Of a DNA stretch of 64,000 nucleotides, positions 26,659 through 35,698 are shown one piece after another (the first letter of the stretch is position 1; each line of letters starts with the position of its first letter). Source of the DNA: a virus (taxonomy: Duplodnaviria; Caudoviricetes); the IMG/VR virus record IMGVR_UViG_3300014205_000177, positions 1 to 64,000 of that record. One strand, written 5' to 3'. A model generated the notes under the pieces. That model did not search any database. It saw nothing but the letters and a program-made list of their open reading frames with translations, and had not been told where the DNA came from. Both the position numbers and the translations under genes were made by a program.

Positions 26659-27097
26659 ACCTTTTCCAGAAAAAATTGCATTAGTACCTAGAAATATGGA
26701 TGAGTTTAAAAAGATACTAGATATTTTTGAAACTGTAGGATGAGAATATCTTTATGGAGATAGTAATGAAGAAATTGTAGAAATGATAAAGAAAAATGTT
26801 AAAGACGTAAAAACCATTGGATTTTGTATGTTTCGTAAATATTTTTCTGTATCTTATATTTCAAATTTAAGATATAAAAGAATTAATTTAAATGAATTTA
26901 AAAAAGAATTTTTATGTTGCGAATCTGGAGAATTGTTTTATTATAACGATTTTAATTCTGGAGTTTTAAAAAGTAAAGAATGGGAAAATTCTGATTTTGA
27001 TAAAAATTTATTTGAATTTGATAATTTATTTTTCACTATTAATGAAGCAAGTAAAACATTAATTAAACTAAATAAAGTGGATAAACATGAAACTTAA
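26645..27097 (+). pseudogene. Family B paralog interrupted by an in-frame TGA at 26741-26743
   Basis: MKLLKPFPEKIALVPRNMDEFKKILDIFETVG*EYLYG continues in frame into ORF 26783-27097. Confidence 0.6.
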
Positions 27098-27599
27098 ACT
27101 ATCTGAAGAATACAAATTAGGAACATTGGCTGTTTTCTCTGAAAAAAAAGAAGACGTTACTGAAATATTAGATTTATTATACGGGAATGGTTTTAAATAT
27201 GATAGGGGTGAAAACAGAAGTTATCTTCATTCTCTAATTGCTAATGTTAGTGATGTATCAAGAGTTGCAATAGAAATTGGTAATAACTTTCAAGTAGAAT
27301 ATAAAACCCATTTTAAAGAACAAAGAAAACAAAATTCATATCGCTATAAAACAGTAATTGATAAGATTATACCATGGAACATTTTCAAAAATAAATATTT
27401 AGTACCAGAACTTGGAGAGTTATTTTATTATATCAATTTTAAAGATTATAAAATAATTGAAAAAAGATGGGAAGGAGAACCATTAGACTTTTTACTAAAA
27501 GAGTTTGGTAATATTTTTAATTCTTCAAAAGATGCATTAGAAAATGAAACATATATAAAAGTTAAAAGGATTATATATAAAAAATTAAAAGGATGTTAA
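27087..27599 (+). CDS. Paralog family B protein
   Basis: EDVTEILDLL..NGFKY...GELFYYINF...KRW...EFGNIF. Confidence 0.65.
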   Translation: MKLKLSEEYKLGTLAVFSEKKEDVTEILDLLYGNGFKYDRGENRSYLHSLIANVSDVSRVAIEIGNNFQVEYKTHFKEQRKQNSYRYKTVIDKIIPWNIFKNKYLVPELGELFYYINFKDYKIIEKRWEGEPLDFLLKEFGNIFNSSKDALENETYIKVKRIIYKKLKGC

Positions 27600-27605
27600 A
27601 TAATA

Positions 27606-28802
27606 ATGGATAAATTAAATGTAATAAGTCTATTTGATGGAATGGCTTGTGGACTAGTAGCTCTTAAACGTTGTGGTTTCATAGTGAACGAATATATGGC
27701 TTCAGAAATTGATAAATATGCCATGAAAGTAGCCATGAAAAATCATCCAGAAATAAATCAAATAGGTGATGTTACAAAAGTCCATTATGCTGAGGGGATA
27801 CTTTTCACTGAAACAGGAATGTATGATATTGGCAAGATAGACATGGTTATTGGGGGCTCACCTTGCCAAGGTTTCAGTTTCTCCGGAAAAGGTCTTAATT
27901 TTGAAGACCAAAGAAGTAAATTATTCTTTGATTATGTGAGAATTTTAAATGAAGTTAAACATTATAATCCTGATGTTAAGTTCCTTCTTGAAAACGTCAG
28001 GATGAAAAAAGAACATCAAAAAGTAATTTCTGAATTTCTTGGTGTAGAACAAGTTGCTATTAATTCATCTTTACTTTCGGCACAAAATAGATATAGATTA
28101 TATTGGTGTAATTGGGAAATTACTCAACCTGAAGATAGACATATCTTTTTAAAAGACATTCTTGAAACAGACGTTATACCTGTAATAAAAAATAGAGGTA
28201 TTTTTATAGAAAAAACTGACAAAAGTCAATGTCTAGATGCTAATTATTGGAAGGGTGTTGATAATCACGGACAAAGAACAGTTTGTGCAGCTATGAGAGG
28301 AAGGTATATAGTTGACGGTCATCGACAAGATGGTAAAATGACTGTAGCAGGGTTAACAACTCAGAGATTTGAAGTAAGAGATGATGGCAAAACAAATACT
28401 CTTACAACTGTTACAAAAGACAATCTTATTATTCACAATCATGATGGCAGAAAATTTATAGATGTTGATGAAGTTAAGGGATGCATTCTTATAGGCAAGG
28501 CAGAACTTAATGGTCATGATTATATTAAAAGAGTTTATTCTGAAAATGGTAAAGCTCCAACACTTACCGCTGCTCAAGGTGGAAATCAAGAACCAAAAGT
28601 TTGTATAAATGAAGAAAATAATGAAGAAAAACTTCTATGGAGGAAATTAACTCCGGTAGAGTGTGAAAGGCTTCAAACACTTGAAGATAACTACACTGCT
28701 GGAGTTAGTAATTCTCAAAGGTATAAAATGATTGGTAATGGTTGGACAGTAGAAGTTATTTCTCATATACTTAATTGTTTAAAAAAGGATATTTATAAAT
28801 GA
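27606..28802 (+). CDS. DNA (cytosine-5) methyltransferase
   Basis: SLFDG, GGSPCQGFS, LLENV, QNRYRLYW, ECERLQ, IGNGW. Confidence 0.92.
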   Translation: MDKLNVISLFDGMACGLVALKRCGFIVNEYMASEIDKYAMKVAMKNHPEINQIGDVTKVHYAEGILFTETGMYDIGKIDMVIGGSPCQGFSFSGKGLNFEDQRSKLFFDYVRILNEVKHYNPDVKFLLENVRMKKEHQKVISEFLGVEQVAINSSLLSAQNRYRLYWCNWEITQPEDRHIFLKDILETDVIPVIKNRGIFIEKTDKSQCLDANYWKGVDNHGQRTVCAAMRGRYIVDGHRQDGKMTVAGLTTQRFEVRDDGKTNTLTTVTKDNLIIHNHDGRKFIDVDEVKGCILIGKAELNGHDYIKRVYSENGKAPTLTAAQGGNQEPKVCINEENNEEKLLWRKLTPVECERLQTLEDNYTAGVSNSQRYKMIGNGWTVEVISHILNCLKKDIYK

Positions 28803-29308
28803 ACAAAATATTTTTATTTTTGAAAGCAGCATACGAGGAAGAAGAAGGCATTTTTGATACTATCATTGTTTTTTTAATACTTGTTTTATCTGTAGGGTTT
28901 ATCCTTTCCACAATATGGGCAGTTATTACTTTTGAAATAGCTAGAGTTATTGCCATTTCAATTGCAATTTTGTTTGTATTCTCATTTTTTGTATGGAATT
29001 TTATTAATTATATAAAAAGAGTTATTATTAGATACAAAAAAGAAATTAAAAGTAGAGAAAGTATTTATTATGAAACCACAGATGAACTTCTTTTAAAATG
29101 TAACAAAACATCAATAAATAATCAACAATGTATTATGGCTTGTGGTCATCTTGGTCCACACTATACAAAAAATGGAGATAAATTTATAACCAGATGTGTT
29201 AGGGATTGTAAGTTTAGCCCTAATTCAAGTAATATGGGTAAAGTTACATGGGAAGAATGCATATATTGTGGAACAACGAAAAACATAAAGGAAAACAAAA
29301 ATGATTGA
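28799..29308 (+). CDS. Membrane protein with Cys-rich C-terminus
   Basis: Two TM helices; CIYCG. Confidence 0.55.
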   Translation: MNKIFLFLKAAYEEEEGIFDTIIVFLILVLSVGFILSTIWAVITFEIARVIAISIAILFVFSFFVWNFINYIKRVIIRYKKEIKSRESIYYETTDELLLKCNKTSINNQQCIMACGHLGPHYTKNGDKFITRCVRDCKFSPNSSNMGKVTWEECIYCGTTKNIKENKND

Positions 29309-29693
29309 TTTTGAAACGGCTAGAAGATTAAAAGAACTTGGTTTTGATTTTAAAAGTGGTAAAGCGTGGATAACAGACTCTAGTGGTGTAGAGGTAATCT
29401 CTTATCCAGAGTTAGAAGACAATGAAAACGAAGAAAAATTCTTTATCCCAAGTGTAACTGAATTGATAAAAACTTTACCCCCCTTTATTAATGTGCATGA
29501 TAGATATTATAAACTTGTTATTTCTCTTCATGTAACAGGGGAAAAACCAGATAAGCATATTTATGCAAGATATGAAATGAATATGGGATATGGAAAAACT
29601 CCAGCATCTCTTTGCGGATTCCCATCAGACCAATGTTTGGAAGAGCAGTTGGCTAATTTACTTATATATATTAAAGAACATGGGTGGATTTAA
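29301..29693 (+). CDS. Hypothetical phage protein
   Basis: FETARRLKELGF...PSVTELIKTLP. Confidence 0.65.
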   Translation: MIDFETARRLKELGFDFKSGKAWITDSSGVEVISYPELEDNENEEKFFIPSVTELIKTLPPFINVHDRYYKLVISLHVTGEKPDKHIYARYEMNMGYGKTPASLCGFPSDQCLEEQLANLLIYIKEHGWI

Positions 29694-30250
29694 TGTTAAT
29701 CCCACAAAGAAGTAATGTATACAGAGGTTCAGCCTATAGACAAGATGAAAAAGAAATAAAAAAAGAACTAAAACTTGCACAAACTGTTCATCTTGCAAGA
29801 TGGGATAACAATGCTAATTGTGGAGTCTCAACAGGAACAACAACTAAAGTAGAAGAAGAAATAACATGTAAAGAGTGTAAAAAGTTCATAGAAAAAATGA
29901 AAAAGGAAAAGATAAGGGCAGAAGAATGTTTTAAATTATTACAAGAAAATGATAGTGAAAAATTAAGAAATAAAATAATAAAATCTATTGATTGTTGTCA
30001 TCGCCAAATTTGGCTAGATGCTTTTGAGTATGATTATGACAATGATATGAAAGAAAAAATAAAGGATGTTACTCATAGTTAATAAAATTGATTTAAATTT
30101 ATTTTAATGGTTGTATTTTAGATTTACGCTCTTATATTTTACTAACAATTTAAACAAAAGAAATAAATGAACAAAAAACTGACAAGATTTGATATTTTAT
30201 TAGAAATTATTGTTGATATTTTTAAAAAGAACAACAAGAAAGAATAAAAA

Positions 30251-30601
30251 ATGAAAATACTTAAAAAAATATTTGAAAATAACGGATATGGGTGTAATTG
30301 TTGTAGACGTGACGAAGAATATTCAGAGTGGATTGAAGAATCTGAAATGTTGTCTTTAAGAGAAATTTTATATGAAGCTATTGAATGTGCTAATACAATA
30401 ATAGGTATTGGTGGATGTGTAGGTACTGTTTATGAAAAAGATGGAGATGTATTATATGGATTCACATCTGATATATATACAACAGGAGGAGATATATATA
30501 TTGTAATAAGAAATTCCAAATATTTAATTTATTCAGACTCAACATCTAACAAAGAAAAAATATTCAATAAAGAAGAAATATTAAAAATTTATGGTAAATG
30601 A
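30251..30601 (+). CDS. Hypothetical protein
   Basis: GYGCNCCR motif; ORF track. Confidence 0.6.
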   Translation: MKILKKIFENNGYGCNCCRRDEEYSEWIEESEMLSLREILYEAIECANTIIGIGGCVGTVYEKDGDVLYGFTSDIYTTGGDIYIVIRNSKYLIYSDSTSNKEKIFNKEEILKIYGK

Positions 30602-30610
30602 GGTTTTAAA

Positions 30611-31012
30611 ATGAAAAAAAATTCAAAGGTTGTACAAGAATGGTTGTCTGGCAAAAACAGCAAATCAAGAAATTTATTCTCTGAAGATGGTGTGATATAC
30701 AGTTATGGACATCATTTCCCTATCGCAAAATTAGGCAATCCTGTTATAATCACGAGTAGAACTTATTCTTCAAGCACTGGAAGACATGTAGGGATTGTAC
30801 AAAGAGCTTTAAGTGAACATTACAGGAAATATATTATTGCACCACCTGATTGTGGAATTGAATTTTGCAAAAATAAATTTATAGAATTTTATGAACAAAT
30901 GATTCAAAAATTATTATCGTCTCATTTACGTTCAAGGACATTAAAGTTTTATTATAATTCTAAAATTAAAATGTTTCAAGATATGATTGAATTAATACAA
31001 AAAATGAACTAA
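30611..31012 (+). CDS. Hypothetical phage protein
   Basis: IYSYGHHFPIA...YSSSTGRH. Confidence 0.65.
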   Translation: MKKNSKVVQEWLSGKNSKSRNLFSEDGVIYSYGHHFPIAKLGNPVIITSRTYSSSTGRHVGIVQRALSEHYRKYIIAPPDCGIEFCKNKFIEFYEQMIQKLLSSHLRSRTLKFYYNSKIKMFQDMIELIQKMN

Positions 31013-31014
31013 TA

Positions 31015-31479
31015 ATGAAAATAAAAATACCAAACAAAGCTATCCTGTGCAATAAAATGAGCCAAGTTAATTTTTTTATAAAAGAAATTGATAATTTAGA
31101 TTATTCGCAAGGAGCTTTAGAAAGTATTAGAAAATATATATCATTGTATGGAGAGATATGTATAAATTTATTGATAGAATTTACATACTCAGGTATGATT
31201 ATTAGAAATAAACCATTATTGGCATATGCAAGTGCAGAATTCTACAAGTTAGTGAAAAAAATTGAAATTATAACATTTAAAGAATTTTTAATGGATAACA
31301 TTGAAATATTTAATAATGAAATGTTATATATAATTATTCCAGATAATAATAATTATTTAACTATTAAAAAGTTTTTATATAAAAATAAACCTGAACATAA
31401 ATTATTACTTGAATATTCTTTCTTTTCACTATTTAAAGAAGAAGTTGAAGAAGAACTGAAAAGGTTAAAACAAAAATGA
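31015..31479 (+). CDS. Divergent family B-like protein
   Basis: ICINL...FY...ITFKEF...YII...LLEY; similar to the next two ORFs. Confidence 0.55.
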   Translation: MKIKIPNKAILCNKMSQVNFFIKEIDNLDYSQGALESIRKYISLYGEICINLLIEFTYSGMIIRNKPLLAYASAEFYKLVKKIEIITFKEFLMDNIEIFNNEMLYIIIPDNNNYLTIKKFLYKNKPEHKLLLEYSFFSLFKEEVEEELKRLKQK

Positions 31480-31973
31480 AATACAAACCAATTGACGGAG
31501 TAATAGAATGTTCAAATGAATATGAAATACAAAGCGTTTTAGATTTTTTTGAAAAAGCTGATTATTGTAATGATTTTTTAAATGATGCACTTGGGTGTAT
31601 GAATAGACATTCCGAAAATATTTGTATTAATTTTTCTTTAGATATTTCTGGTAATAACAATTTTGTAATGCTTACAAGACCAGAATTGAGATATTCAGAA
31701 AAAAGTTTTTATCAAAGTCTTAATATTAAAATATATAAATACTCAGATTTTGTAAAAATGTTTCATCCATTACTTAGACATTCATATTACATAATAGAAC
31801 CTAATAATACATCTAAAAATAAATATAAAATTAGAGAAGTTAAATATAATAAACATAATAAAACATTATTTGAATTTTATCCTTTCTTTTTAGTAGAAAT
31901 GTTAGCTAATATGGAGTTGATAAAACTTAATGGTAATAAAAATGAAACCCAAGAGAAAATTAAAAAAAATTAA
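31476..31973 (+). CDS. Divergent family B-like protein
   Basis: ICINF...FY...YSDF...YYII...LFEF. Confidence 0.55.
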   Translation: MKYKPIDGVIECSNEYEIQSVLDFFEKADYCNDFLNDALGCMNRHSENICINFSLDISGNNNFVMLTRPELRYSEKSFYQSLNIKIYKYSDFVKMFHPLLRHSYYIIEPNNTSKNKYKIREVKYNKHNKTLFEFYPFFLVEMLANMELIKLNGNKNETQEKIKKN

Positions 31974-32415
31974 AGGAGTTTTAAAATTAATTTCTATAGA
32001 AGAAGTTAATTCCTTGTTTAAAATATTTTATATCAATGACACCTCTAAAAAGAATAGATGTGTGGAAAGCATTTTATTGCATGGGTATTCGTGTATTAAT
32101 ATATTTATTAATATTTGGAATAATACATACGGAAACGATTTTATATTTGGATTTGTATCCGAGGAATATTATACCACATATGGTATTAAAGTGTTTTCTT
32201 TTTCTGAATTTCTGGGGGAGCAAGGTTTAATACCAGTTATTGGAGTAACATATTTTGTTATTTCACTATCAAGAGGGAAATGGGTAATAAAAAAGTTAAT
32301 ATATAACGAAGAAAATAAACATTTGTTTGGATTTGAAAACTTTTATCTAACTAGAAAAGAAGCAGTTTATGAAAAAGAATGGATGTTGAGTATTATTGAG
32401 TATTATAATGAATAA
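31930..32415 (+). CDS. Divergent family B-like protein
   Basis: SCINI...YY...FSEF...YFVI...LFGFENFY. Confidence 0.55.
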   Translation: MVIKMKPKRKLKKIKGVLKLISIEEVNSLFKIFYINDTSKKNRCVESILLHGYSCINIFINIWNNTYGNDFIFGFVSEEYYTTYGIKVFSFSEFLGEQGLIPVIGVTYFVISLSRGKWVIKKLIYNEENKHLFGFENFYLTRKEAVYEKEWMLSIIEYYNE

Positions 32416-32453
32416 AAATGATAATTAAAATATAAATAATAAGGAGATTTAAA

Positions 32454-33524
32454 ATGTCATTTTTCGGAGTAACTAAAGAGGTATTAGAATTTGTAAACAC
32501 TCATCCAAACGCAGACAGATTGGATATTGGAAAACTTGAAGGTTCTAATTTTCAATTTGTAATACCAAAAGATAAATTTAAAGCCGGTGATGTAGTCCTT
32601 TATTTTCCAATAGATTCTTTAATCCCAGAAAAAGTTCTTCAAGAAATCGGACTATTAGGACTTCTCTGTGGAAAAAACCAAAATAGAGTTAAAACCAAAT
32701 GTATAAGGGGAGAAATATCTCAGGGGTTAGTTGAACCTATTGATTTACTTGATAGGTTGTCTTTTCCAAAAACAAACGAAATGTCTCCGGAAATTCTCAC
32801 TGAGTTTCTAGGTGTAGAAAAGTACGAACCAGAAGCTATTCTAGAAGGAGGAGCTAATCTTTTACCGTTGCCAAATTTTCTTTCGGTTTATGACATTGAA
32901 GGTTGTGAAAGATATCCAGATGTAGTAGAAGAATTGATGGATGTTGGAGTTTTTATATCGGAAAAAATAGAAGGAACGAATGTATCGTTTTCTGCCAATG
33001 TTGAGAAGGATGGAAAAATTACCTTTTTTACTAATCAAAGAAACTATACTCTTTTGGAAATAGATGGACGCAAGCATTCTTTATGGGAAATGTTTAGAAA
33101 GCTCAAGATGGACAATATTCTTACAATGTTAATATCAACGGAAGGTGCTAGTAATGTAACAATCTATGGGGAGTTTATTGGTCCTAAAGTTCAAGGTAAT
33201 CCATATAAATTAAAATCTCATGAATTTTTAGTTTTTGATATCAAGATAGATGGAAGATTTATGTCATTCTCTGAGATGTTCCTTACCACACTTCACTATC
33301 GACTAGGGGCTGTTCCAACTATATCTTGTAGCGAAACGTTAAGGGATGTTTTGAATGGTAAGACCATAACTGAATACTCTAATGGTAAATCTTTACTTAA
33401 TCCTAGTGTTTTAAGAGAGGGTATTGTTATTAAACCTCTTACAGAAAAGTACTCAGAGAGTCTCAAAGGAAGGCTTATTATTAAAAAAAGAGACCCCATA
33501 TATTTATCGAAAGGAGAATATTAA
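32454..33524 (+). CDS. ATP-dependent RNA ligase, DRB0094/Rnl2-like, with N-terminal OB domain
   Basis: HPNADRL...RGEISQGL; motif I EKIEG, YGE, FDI, REGIVIK. Confidence 0.85.
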   Translation: MSFFGVTKEVLEFVNTHPNADRLDIGKLEGSNFQFVIPKDKFKAGDVVLYFPIDSLIPEKVLQEIGLLGLLCGKNQNRVKTKCIRGEISQGLVEPIDLLDRLSFPKTNEMSPEILTEFLGVEKYEPEAILEGGANLLPLPNFLSVYDIEGCERYPDVVEELMDVGVFISEKIEGTNVSFSANVEKDGKITFFTNQRNYTLLEIDGRKHSLWEMFRKLKMDNILTMLISTEGASNVTIYGEFIGPKVQGNPYKLKSHEFLVFDIKIDGRFMSFSEMFLTTLHYRLGAVPTISCSETLRDVLNGKTITEYSNGKSLLNPSVLREGIVIKPLTEKYSESLKGRLIIKKRDPIYLSKGEY

Positions 33525-34175
33525 TTTTTATTTATATCAGGTTATATAAGTTTCAATAATTTTAAAACAACAAAAACAAAGGGATGATAAAATGAAATTT
33601 CTCGTAACTTATACTGGATTTTTAAAAGATGAAGTTGAATTGTGGGGATATAAGATATATTCAGAAGACGAATTTAATGAAGAAGACATTAAGGAAGCCA
33701 TTTTAAAACAAGATGGAGAAATGTATAGACTGAAGGATGGAAATTCTATAGAAATGAGTTTTGAGGATTTTCAAGTAAAGAAAATAGACGAAAATCAACA
33801 TAACCATATTATAAGTATTTTTGGTGGAATAAGTTGCGGACACTTCCCTGAATTGTTTTCTTCAGGTGAAATATGTTTTTAAATAGATTCAGAATGTTAT
33901 TAATTATTTTTGCGTTAATTTTATTCATAACTGTTTCTTTTATGAATTTTTTATCAAAAAAGACTACGCATAATACAAAATACTATTTGATAGAGATATT
34001 TATTTCAAATAATACATATAAATACATATATGTTCAAGGTGGAGACTTGACTTATATAAATAGATGTGTTATTATAAAAGATGATTGTTATCCTTTCAAT
34101 GATAAAATAGTAATATCTGGAGATTTTATAATAACTTTGGTTAAGGAAGAACCGTGTAAAAAATAAGAGATAATA

Positions 34176-34670
34176 ATGGATAATAATTTTTTAGTTAATG
34201 GGGAAATATTTTATGTAAGAATTAATAATGTAAATGAATTTCATCAATATTTATACATTATGATGTTCATCTATAAATTTAAAACCATTGGAAATGTAAG
34301 TTTTGATAGTTATTTTGAAATGAAAAAAAATATGATAGAATGGATAGATGAAGATTCAGGATTATTTGGACATGTAAATAGATATCATCCCTTTTTTACA
34401 ATAGAACGTCGGCTTTTAGGAAACATACCTTATAATATGAAAGTTTTTACATTAAGCAATTTTAAAATATGGAAAAATTTAATGGGACACATCCCCCCAC
34501 TAAATAAATCAATATATTATTATATATCATTTAAAGAACCATATATTAACACAGAAGAATGGACTGAAAACTGTTTAGATAAACAAAGATTATTTTTCGG
34601 TAATGTTTTTATAGATGAAAGAGAAGCTAAATACTCAATTGAATTATTAAAAAAGGAGAAAATTATATGA
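34176..34670 (+). CDS. Paralog family B protein
   Basis: YYYISF...EEW....D..RLFFGNVF. Confidence 0.55.
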   Translation: MDNNFLVNGEIFYVRINNVNEFHQYLYIMMFIYKFKTIGNVSFDSYFEMKKNMIEWIDEDSGLFGHVNRYHPFFTIERRLLGNIPYNMKVFTLSNFKIWKNLMGHIPPLNKSIYYYISFKEPYINTEEWTENCLDKQRLFFGNVFIDEREAKYSIELLKKEKII

Positions 34671-35491
34671 AAAACTGGGAAGGTTCTGCAAAATATTGGG
34701 AAAAAGCTTTTAACCCAGTAATAGGGTGCAATAAGATTTCTGAAGGATGTTTAAACTGTTATGCCAAAGGAGTTGTTGAAAGATTCGGAATTAATGACGG
34801 TGATTTTAAACCTACTGTTATGACAAATGCAAAAGCTCCAAAATCTGGGATTGTTTTTGTTGGTAACATGACTGACATTTTTGGTGAGTGGGTTTCTCAT
34901 CATCAGCTTTTTGACATTCTTTACTCTTTAAATGATAAAGCAATCAACTTAATTTTAACCAAAAGAGCAAAAAGATTTAACGATTTTGCATGGCGTAAAG
35001 AAGAATGTTGGTTCGGAGTTACTTGCGAGAATCAGACAAGAGCAGACGAAAGAATACCAGAATTATTGAAAGCTGATGTATTACACAGATGGCTTTCACT
35101 GGAGCCTTTACTTGGTGAAATTGATTTACAACATATAACTAGAAGTTGCGAACGTGGGCTTGGTGAATATGTAGATTGTTTAACAGGAGAAGATTGGCAA
35201 GAATCTTCAATATTTGGTGGAAGTAGATGTGGGTTGGAGCCAGACGAATATTATGAAAAAAGAATTAAATTGGTTGTAATAGGAGCAGAATCACTGGGAA
35301 ACAATGCAGGACGTGAATGTAAAATTGAATGGATTGAAAAAGCAGTTAATGATTGCTTAAAGGCTGGTGTCCCTGTTTTTGTTAAACAAATACATATTGA
35401 TGGTAAATTAATAAAAGACATAAATAAGTTTCCTGAGCATTTAAGAATAAGACAAATACCAGATAAATTTAAAAATTATAAAGGAAATTAA
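34667..35491 (+). CDS. DUF5131 (phage gp37/gp68-like) radical-SAM-fold protein
   Basis: NPVIGCNKISEGCLNCYA, FVGNMTDIF, LTKR, SLEPLL, GAES, PVFVKQ. Confidence 0.85.
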   Translation: MKNWEGSAKYWEKAFNPVIGCNKISEGCLNCYAKGVVERFGINDGDFKPTVMTNAKAPKSGIVFVGNMTDIFGEWVSHHQLFDILYSLNDKAINLILTKRAKRFNDFAWRKEECWFGVTCENQTRADERIPELLKADVLHRWLSLEPLLGEIDLQHITRSCERGLGEYVDCLTGEDWQESSIFGGSRCGLEPDEYYEKRIKLVVIGAESLGNNAGRECKIEWIEKAVNDCLKAGVPVFVKQIHIDGKLIKDINKFPEHLRIRQIPDKFKNYKGN

Positions 35492-35698
35492 AATGGCATT
35501 GTCAGGAAGAACAATAAACGAATTAGAAATAGAAATAGAGATCAAATCTGAAATAAAAATATTAAAAGAAACGGTTAAACGTTTAGAAGAAAGAATAAAA
35601 CGGTTAGAAAAACTTGAAAAAACTAAAATTGATGATAGGTTTACCAACAAATGGAACGAATTAGTAGATAGCAATCATCCAAAAATAAGGTATTAAAT

